DNA of 64,000 bases from Auanema rhodensis (taxonomy: Eukaryota > Animalia > Nematoda). A program made the translations under genes and the position numbers. Positions 55,001 through 64,000 of this stretch are shown piece by piece. The notes below the pieces were generated by a model, which saw nothing but the letters and a program-made list of their open reading frames with translations, ran no database searches and was not told the DNA's origin. The first letter of the stretch is position 1; each line of letters opens with the position of its first letter. The stretch lies in NCBI GenBank assembly GCA_964057225.1, contig OZ059898.1, forward strand, positions 20,026,001 to 20,090,000. Direction: 5' to 3'.

Positions 55001-56375
55001 GTTATGATCGTTTGAAAAATGATGCATTAGTGTTTTTTGAGTTTCCATGTACACTCAACATTGCTTCCAAAAACATTTTGACAAAAGTTTTTTCAAAAAA
55101 TTTCAAAATAATTTCGCAAAAAGTAGATGTTTTTAGATTTTTTTTTCAAGGCAAAGACGATGGACAATGTTATTCAACGAAAAAATTAATTCTTCAGGGT
55201 GAAAATCGAGGATATAAGTGTGAACTTATATCAGTTGATATCTCGGTGCATTTTCAAGCTAGCGCAAATCTAATAACACAGATCGACGCAGCTTAAAAAT
55301 CCGCATCGAATGCACTATACTACATTGAGAAAAGCTTAATACAAAAATTAGTTATGATCGTTTGAAAAATGATGCATTAGTGTATTTTGAGTTTCCATGT
55401 ACTTTCAGCATTGCTTCCAAAAACATTTTGACAAAAATTTTTTCGAAAAATTTCAAAATAATTTCGCAAAAAGTAAATGTTTTTAGATTTCTTTTTTCAA
55501 GGCAAAGACGATGGACGATGTTATTCAACAAAAAAATTAATTCTTCAGGGTGAAAATCGAGGATATAAGTGTGAGCTTATATCAGTTGATATCTCGGTGC
55601 ATTTTTAAGCTAACGCAAATCTGATAACACAGATCGACGCAGCTTAAAAATCTGCATCGAATGCACTATACTACATTGAGAAACGCTTAATACAAAAATT
55701 AGTTATGATCGTTTGGAAAATGATGCATTAGTGTATTTTGAGTTTCCATGTACACTCAACATTGCTTCCAAAAACATTTTGACAAAAATTTTTTCGAAAA
55801 ATTTCAAAATAATTTCGCAAAAAGTAGATAATTTTAGATTTTTTCGTTCAAGGCAAAGACGATGGACAATGTTATTCAACGAAAAAATTAATTCTTCAGG
55901 GTGAAAATCGAGGATATAAGTGTGAGCTTATATCAGTTGATATCTCGGTGCATTTTTAAGCTAGCGCAAATCTAATAACACAGATCGACGCAGCTTAAAA
56001 ATCCGCATCGAATGCACTATACTACATTGAGAAACGCTTGATACAAAAATTAGTTATGATCGTTTGAAAAATGATGCATTAGTGTTTTTTGAGTTTCCAT
56101 GTACACTCAACATTGCTTCCAAAAACATTTTGACAAAAGTTTTTTCAAAAAATTTCAAAATAATTTCGCAAAAAGTAGATGTTTTTAGATTTTTTTTTCA
56201 AGGCAAAGACGATGGACAATGTTATTCAACGAAAAAATTAATTCTTCAGGGTGAAAATCGAGGATATAAGTGTGAACTTATATCAGTTGATATCTCGGTG
56301 CATTTTCAAGCTAGCGCAAATCTAATAACACAGATCGACGCAGCTTAAAAATCCGCATCGAATGCACTATACTAC
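43081..56375. repeat. Block B, copy 2
   Basis: Matches 15017-28310. It has an extra dimer at 44835-45536 and one fewer dimer near 54310. Confidence 0.92.
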
Positions 56376-58868
56376 ATTGAGAAAAGCTTAATACAAAAAT
56401 TAGTTATGATCGTTTGAAAAATGATGCATTAGTGTATTTTGAGTTTCCATGTACTTTCAGCATTGCTTCCAAAAACATTTTGACAAAAATTTTTTCGAAA
56501 AATTTCAAAATAATTTCGCAAAAAGTAAATGTTTTTAGATTTCTTTTTTCAAGGCAAAGACGATGGACGATGTTATTCAACAAAAAAATTAATTCTTCAG
56601 GGTGAAAATCGAGGATATAAGTGTGAGCTTATATCAGTTGATATCTCGGTGCATTTTTAAGCTAACGCAAATCTGATAACACAGATCGACGCAGCTTAAA
56701 AATCTGCATCGAATGCACTATACTACATTGAGAAACGCTTAATACAAAAATTAGTTATGATCGTTTGGAAAATGATGCATTAGTGTATGTTGAGTTTCCA
56801 TGTACACTCAACATTGCTTCCAAAAACATTTTGACAAAAATTTTTTCGAAAAATTTCAGAATAATTTAGCAAAAAGTAGATGTTTTTAAATTTTTTTTTT
56901 CAAGGCAAAGACGATGGACAATGTTATTCAACGAAAAAATTAATTCTTCAGGGTGAAAATCGAAGATATAAGTGTGAACTTATATCAGTTGATATCTCGG
57001 TGCACTTTTAAGCTAGCGCAAATCTAATAACACAGATCGACGCAGCTTAAAAATCCGCATCGAATGCACTATATTACATTGAGAAACGCTTAATACAAAA
57101 ATTAGTTATGATCGTTTGGAAAATGATGCATTAGTGTATGTTGAGTTTCCATGTACACTCAACATTGCTTCCAAAAACATTTTGACAAAAATTTTTTCGA
57201 AAAATTTCAGAATAATTTAGCAAAAAGTAGATGTTTTTAGATTTTTTTTTTAAGGCAAAGACGATGGACAATGTTATTCAACGAAAAAATTAATTCTTCA
57301 GGGTGAAAATCGAGGATATAAGTGTGAGCTTAAATCAGTTGATATCTCGGTGCATTTTTACGCTAGCGCAAATATGATAACACAGATCGACGCAGCTTAA
57401 AAATCCGCATCGAATGCACTATATTACATTGAGAAACGCTTGATACAAAAATTAGTTATGATCGTTTGAAAAATGATGCATTAGTGTTTTTTGAGTTTCC
57501 ATGTACACTCAACATTGCTTCCAAAAACATTTTGACAAAAGTTTTTTCGAAAAATTTCAAAATAATTTCGCAAAAAGTAGATGTTTTTAGATTTTTTTTT
57601 TCAAGGCAAAGACGATGGACAATGTTATTCAACGAAAAAATTAATTCTTCAGGGTGAAAATCGAGGATATAAGTGTGAACTTATATCAGTTGATATCTCG
57701 GTGCATTTTCAAGCTAGCGCAAATCTAATAACACAGATCGACGCAGCTTAAAAATCCGCATCGAATGCACTATACTACATTGAGAAAAGCTTAATACAAA
57801 AATAAGTTATGATCGTTTGAAAAATGATGCATTAGTGTATTTTGAGTTTCCATGTACTTTCAGCATTGCTTCCAAAAACATTTTGACAAAAATTTTTTCG
57901 AAAAATTTCAAAATAATTTCGCAAAAAGTAAATGTTTTTAGATTTCTTTTTTCAAGGCAAAGACGATGGACGATGTTATTCAACAAAAAAATTAATTCTT
58001 CAGGGTGAAAATCGAGGATATAAGTGTGAGCTTATATCAGTTGATATCTCGGTGCATTTTTAAGCTAACGCAAATCTGATAACACAGATCGACGCAGCTT
58101 AAAAATCTGCATCGAATGCACTATACTACATTGAGAAACGCTTAATACAAAAATTAGTTATGATCGTTTGGAAAATGATGCATTAGTGTATGTTGAGTTT
58201 CCATGTACACTCAACATTGCTTCCAAAAACATTTTGACAAAAATTTTTTCGAAAAATTTCAGAATAATTTAGCAAAAAGTAGATGTTTTTAAATTTTTTT
58301 TTTCAAGGCAAAGACGATGGACAATGTTATTCAACGAAAAAATTAATTCTTCAGGGTGAAAATCGAAGATATAAGTGTGAACTTATATCAGTTGATATCT
58401 CGGTGCACTTTTAAGCTAGCGCAAATCTAATAACACAGATCGACGCAGCTTAAAAATCCGCATCGAATGCACTATATTACATTGAGAAACGCTTAATACA
58501 AAAATTAGTTATGATCGTTTGGAAAATGATGCATTAGTGTATGTTGAGTTTCCATGTACACTCAACATTGCTTCCAAAAACATTTTGACAAAAATTTTTT
58601 CGAAAAATTTCAGAATAATTTAGCAAAAAGTAGATGTTTTTAGATTTTTTTTTTTAAGGCAAAGACGATGGACAATGTTATTCAACGAAAAAATTAATTC
58701 TTCAGGGTGAAAATCGAGGATATAAGTGTGAGCTTAAATCAGTTGATATCTCGGTGCATTTTTACGCTAGCGCAAATATGATAACACAGATCGACGCAGC
58801 TTAAAAATCCGCATCGAATGCACTATATTACATTGAGAAACGCTTGATATAAAAATTAGTTATGATCG
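54661..58868. repeat. Trimer duplication followed by overlapping tetramer duplication
   Basis: 54661/55012/55362 repeats at 55713/56064/56414 (offset 1052). 56064/56414/56765/57116 repeats at 57466/57817/58168/58519 (offset about 1402). Confidence 0.85.
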
Positions 58869-61800
58869 TTTGAAAAATGATGCATTAGTGTATTTTGAGT
58901 TTCCATGTACACTCAACATTGCTTCCAAAAACATTTTGACAAAAATTTTTCCGAAAAATTTCAAAATAATTTCGCAAAAAGTAGATGTTTTTAGATTTTT
59001 TTTTTAAGGCAAAGACGATGGACAATGTAATTCAACGAAAAAATTAATTCTTCAGGGTGAAAATCGAGGATATAAGTGTGAACTTATATCAGTTGATATC
59101 TCGGTGCATTTTTAAGCTAGCGCAAATCTGATAACACAGATCGACGCAGCTTAAAAATCCGCATCGAATGCACTATACTACATTGATAAACGCTTAATAC
59201 AAAAATTTGTTATGATCGTTTGGAAAATGATGCATTAGTGTATGTTGAGTTTCCATGTACACTCAACATTGCTTCCAAAAACATTTTGACAAAAATTTTT
59301 TCGAAAAATTTCAAAATAATTTCGCAAAAAGTAAATGTTTTTAGATTTCTTTTTTCAAGGCAAAGACGATGGACGATGTTATTCAACAAAAAAATTAATT
59401 CTTCAGGGTGAAAATCGAGGATATAAGTGTGAGCTTATATCAGTTGATATCTCGGTGCATTTTTAAGCTAGCGCAAATCTGATAACACAGATCGACGCAG
59501 CTTAAAAATCTGCATCGAATGCACTATACTACATTGAGAAACGCTTAATACAAAAATTAGTTATGATCGTTTGGAAAATGATGCATTAGTGTATGTTGAG
59601 TTTCCATGTACACTCAACATTGCTTCCAAAAACATTTTGACAAAAATTTTTTCGAAAAATTTCAGAATAATTTAGCAAAAAGTAGATGTTTTTAAATTTT
59701 TTTTTTCAAGGCAAAGACGATGGACAATGTTATTCAACGAAAAAATTAATTCTTCAGGGTGAAAATCGAAGATATAAGTGTGAACTTATATCAGTTGATA
59801 TCTCGGTGCACTTTTAAGCTAGCGCAAATCTAATAACACAGATCGACGCAGCTTAAAAATCCGCATCGAATGCACTATATTACATTGAGAAACGCTTAAT
59901 ACAAAAATTAGTTATGATCGTTTGGAAAATGATGCATTAGTGTATGTTGAGTTTCCATGTACACTCAACATTGCTTCCAAAAACATTTTGACAAAAATTT
60001 TTTCGAAAAATTTCAGAATAATTTAGCAAAAAGTAGATGTTTTTAGATTTTTTTTTTAAGGCAAAGACGATGGACAATGTTATTCAACGAAAAAATTAAT
60101 TCTTCAGGGTGAAAATCGAGGATATAAGTGTGAGCTTAAATCAGTTGATATCTCGGTGCATTTTTACGCTAGCGCAAATATGATAACACAGATCGACGCA
60201 GCTTAAAAATCCGCATCGAATGCACTATACTACATTGAGAAACGCTTGATACAAAAATTAGTTATGATCGTTTGAAAAATGATGCATTAGTGTATTTTGA
60301 GTTTCCATGTACACTCAACATTGCTTCCAAAAACATTTTGACAAAAATTTTTCCGAAACATTTCAAAATAATTTCGCAAAAAGTAGCTGTTTTTAGATTC
60401 TTTTTTTCAAGGCAAAAACGATGGACAATGTTATTCAACGAAAAAATTAATTCTTCAGGGTGAAAATCGAGGATATAAGTGTGAACTTATATCAGTTGAT
60501 ATCTCGGTGCATTTTTAAGCTAGCGCAAATCTGATAACACAGATCGACGCAGCTTAAAAATCCGCATCGAATGCACTATACTACATTGAGAAACGCTTGA
60601 TATAAAAATTAGTTATGATCGTTTGAAAAATGATGCATTAGTGTATTTTGAGTTTCCATGTACACTCAACATTGCTTCCAAAAACATTTTGACAAAAATT
60701 TTTCCGAAAAATTTCAAAATAATTTCGCAAAAAGTAGATGTTTTTAGATTTTTTTTTTAAGGCAAAGACGATGGACAATGTTATTCAACGAAAAAATTAA
60801 TTCTTCAGGGTGAAAATCGAGGATATAAGTGTGAACTTATATCAGTTGATATCTCGGTGCATTTTTAAGCTAGCGCAAATCTGATAACACAGATCGACGC
60901 AGCTTAAAAATCCGCATCGAATGCACTATACTACATTGAGAAACGCTTAATACAAAAATTTGTTATGATCGTTTGGAAAATGATACATTAGTGTATGTTG
61001 AGTTTCCATGTACACTCAACATTGCTTCCAAAAACATTTTGACAAAAATTTTTTCGAAAAATTTCAAAATAATTTCGCAAAAAGTAAATGTTTTTAGATT
61101 TCTTTTTTCAAGGCAAAGACGATGAACGATGTTATTCAACGAAAAAATTAATTCTTCAGGGTGAAAATCGAGGATATAAGTGTGAACTTATATCAGTTGA
61201 TATCTCGGTGCATTTTTACGCTAGCGCAAATCTGATAACACAGATCGACGCAGCTTAAAAATCCGCATCGAATGCACTATACTACATTGAGAAACGCTTG
61301 ATACAAAAATTAGTTATGATCGTTTGGAAAATGATGCATTAGTGTATTTTGAGTTTCCATGTACACTCAACATTGCTTCCAAAAACATTTTGACAAAAAT
61401 TTTTTCGAAAAATTTCAAAATAATTTCGCAAAAAGTAAATGTTTTTAGATTCTTTTTTTTTAAGGCGAAAACGATGGACAATGTTATTCAACGAAAAAAT
61501 TAATTCTTCAGGGTGAAAATCGAGGATATAAGTGTGAACTTATATCAGTTGATATCTCGGTGCATTTTTAAGCTAGCGCAAATCTGATAACACAGATCGA
61601 CGCAGCTTAAAAATCCGCATCGAATGCACTATACTACATTGAGAAACGCTTGATACAAAAATTAGTTATGATCGTTTGGAAAATGATGCATTAGTGTATT
61701 TTGAGTTTCCATGTACACTCAACATTGCTTCCAAAAACATTTTGACAAAAATTTTTCCGAAAAATTTCGAAATAATTTCGCAAAAAGTAAATGTTTTTAG

Positions 61801-64000
61801 ATTTCTTTTTTCAAGGCAAAGACGATGGACAATGTTATTCAACAAAAAAATTAATTCTTCAGGGTGAAAATCGAGGATATAAGTGTGAACTTATATCAGT
61901 TGATATCTCGGTGCATTTTTACGCTAGCGCAAATCTGATAACACAGATCGACGCAGCTTAAAAATCCGCATCGAATGCACTATACTACATTGAGAAACGC
62001 TTAATACAAAAATTTGTTATGATCGTTTGGAAAATGATGCATTAGTGTATGTTGAGTTTCCATGTACACTCAACATTGCTTCCAAAAACATTTTGACAAA
62101 AATTTTTTCGAAAAATTTCAAAATAATTTCGCAAAAAGTAGATGTTTTTAAATTTCTTTTTTCAAGGCAAAGACGATGGACAATGTTATTCAACGAAAAA
62201 ATTAATTCTTCAGGGTGAAAATCGAGGATATAAGTGTGAACTTATATCAGTTGATATCTCGGTGCATTTTTAAGCTAGCGCAAATCTGATAACACAGATC
62301 GACGCAGCTTAAAAATCCGCATCGAATGCACTATACTACATTGAGAAACGCTTGATACAAAAATTAGTTATGATCGTTTGGAAAATGATGCATTAGTGTA
62401 TTTTGAGTTTCCATGTACACTCAACATTGCTTCCAAAAACATTTTGACAAAAATTTTTTCGAAAAATTTCGAAATAATTTCGCAAAAAGTAAATGTTTTT
62501 AGATTCTTTTTTTTAAGGCAAAAACGATGGACAATGTTATTCAACGAAAAAATTAATTCTTCAGGGTGAAAATCGAGGATATAAGTGTGAGCTTATATCA
62601 GTTGATATCTCGGTGCATTTTTAAGCTAGCGCAAATCTGATAACACAGATCGACGCAGCTTAAAAATCCGCATCGAATGCACTATATTACATTGAGAAAC
62701 GCTTGATATAAAAATTAGTTATGATCGTTTGAAAAATGATGCATTAGTGTTTTTTGAGTTTCCATGTACACTCAACATTGCTTCCAAAAACATTTTGACA
62801 AAAATTTTTTCGAAAAATTTCAAAATAATTTCGCAAAAAGTAGATGTTTTTAAATTTCTTTTTTCAAGGCAAAGACGATGAACAATGTTATTCAACGAAA
62901 AAATTAATTCTTCAGGGTGAAAATCGAGGATATAAGTGTGAGCTTATATCAGTTGATATCTCGGTGCATTTTTAAGCTAGCGCAAATCTGATAACACAGA
63001 TCGACGCAGCTTAAAAATCCGCATCGAATGCACTATACTACATTGAGAAACGCTTGATACAAAAATTAGTTATGATCGTTTGGAAAATGATGCATTAGTG
63101 TATTTTGAGTTTCCATGTACACTCAACATTGCTTCCAAAAACATTTTGACAAAAATTTTTTCGAAAAATTTCAAAATAATTTCGCAAAAAGTAAATGTTT
63201 TTAGATTCTTTTTTTTAAGGCAAAAACGATGGACAATGTTATTCAACGAAAAAATTAATTCTTCAGGGTGAAAATCGAGGATATAAGTGTGAGCTTATAT
63301 CAGTAGATATCTCGGTGCATTTTTAAGCTAGCGCAAATCTGATAACACAGATCGACGCAGCTTAAAAATCCGCATCGAATGCATTATACTACATTGAGAA
63401 ACGCTTGATATAAAAATTAGTTATGATCGTTTGAAAAATGATGCATTAGTGTTTTTTGAGTTTCCATGTACACTCAACATTGCTTCCAAAAACATTTTGA
63501 CAAAAATTTTTTCGAAAAATTTCAAAATAATTTCGCAAAAAGTAGATGTTTTTAGATTTTTTTTTTCAACGCAAAGACGATGGACAATGTTATTCAGCGA
63601 AAAAATTAATTCTTCAGGGTGAAAATCGAGGATATAAGTGTGAGCTTATATCAGTTGATATCTCGGTGCATTTTCAAGCTAGCGCAAATCTAATAACACA
63701 GATCGACGCAGCTTAAAAATCCGCATCGAATGCACTATACTACATTGAGAAACGCTTGATACAAAAATTAGTTATGATCGTTTGAAAAATGATGCATTAG
63801 TGTTTTTTGAGTTTACATGTACACTCAACATTGCTTCCAAAAACATTTTGACAAAAATTTTTTCGAAAAATTTCAAAATAATTTAGCAAAAAGTAGATGT
63901 TTTTAGATTCCTTTTTTCAAGGCAAAGACGATGGACAATGTTATTCAACGAAAAAATTAATTCTTCAGGGTGAAAATCGAGGATATAAGTGTGAGCTTAT

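Larger units (their letters stand above)
1..64000. repeat. Tandem satellite DNA array, 351-bp AT-rich monomer, about 182 head-to-tail copies, truncated by both window ends
   Basis: The unit TTGAAAAATGATGCATTAGTG...AAATTAGTTATGATCGT recurs at 287, 637, 988, 1339 ... 63431, 63782 with 349-352 bp spacing. Copies differ only by a few SNPs and 1-2 bp homopolymer indels. No intervening unique DNA was seen. Confidence 0.99.

Noticed and set aside
287-63622. Over 120 repeated 63-94 aa ORFs (MKNDALVYFEFPC...)
   Set aside because: They start at TTG, reflect A/T tracts (K, F, N, I rich), switch C-terminus with T9/T10 slippage, and are killed by stops in many copies. Most variants change the amino acid. 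No known domain is recognisable. They are a by-product of the repeat.
1-64000. CRISPR array
   Set aside because: No unique spacers; the whole 351 bp repeats; no cas genes.
1-64000. Tandem 5S rRNA, tRNA, snRNA or spliced-leader gene cluster
   Set aside because: No recognisable 5S, tRNA cloverleaf, A/B boxes or SL exon. The minus-strand AATTTTTG Sm-like motifs are expected by chance in this composition.
1-64000. Drosophila 1.688 (359-bp) satellite
   Set aside because: Similar size and AT content only; the sequence does not resemble the 359-bp consensus as I recall it.
1-64000. Artefactual concatemer (rolling-circle or collapsed assembly)
   Set aside because: Variants form reproducible linked haplotypes and nested blocks rather than identical copies with random errors. 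Exact copy number still needs read support.

Overview
The whole 64-kb window is one uninterrupted, head-to-tail tandem array of an AT-rich satellite DNA. The monomer is 351 bp (range seen 349-352; about 31% GC by hand count of the consensus), with about 182 copies, all in one orientation. The array runs off both ends of the window. No unique sequence, gene, RNA gene, transposon insertion or CRISPR spacer is visible. The ORF track is the same TTG-started frame recurring in each monomer and is judged non-coding. The information lies in two places. (1) The monomer is rich in dyad symmetry: a perfect 9-bp stem closed by a GTGA loop, an adjacent 67-nt hairpin, and two further inverted repeats. (2) Diagnostic SNPs reveal nested higher-order structure: local 2-, 3- and 4-mer repeats, two alternating monomer subfamilies, and near-identical multi-kb block duplications at offsets of 23,155 and 28,766 bp. 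CpG excess suggests an invertebrate-type host without CpG methylation here (inference). I cannot name the satellite family or species, and I cannot support a novel protein-coding system. All alignments were done by eye.
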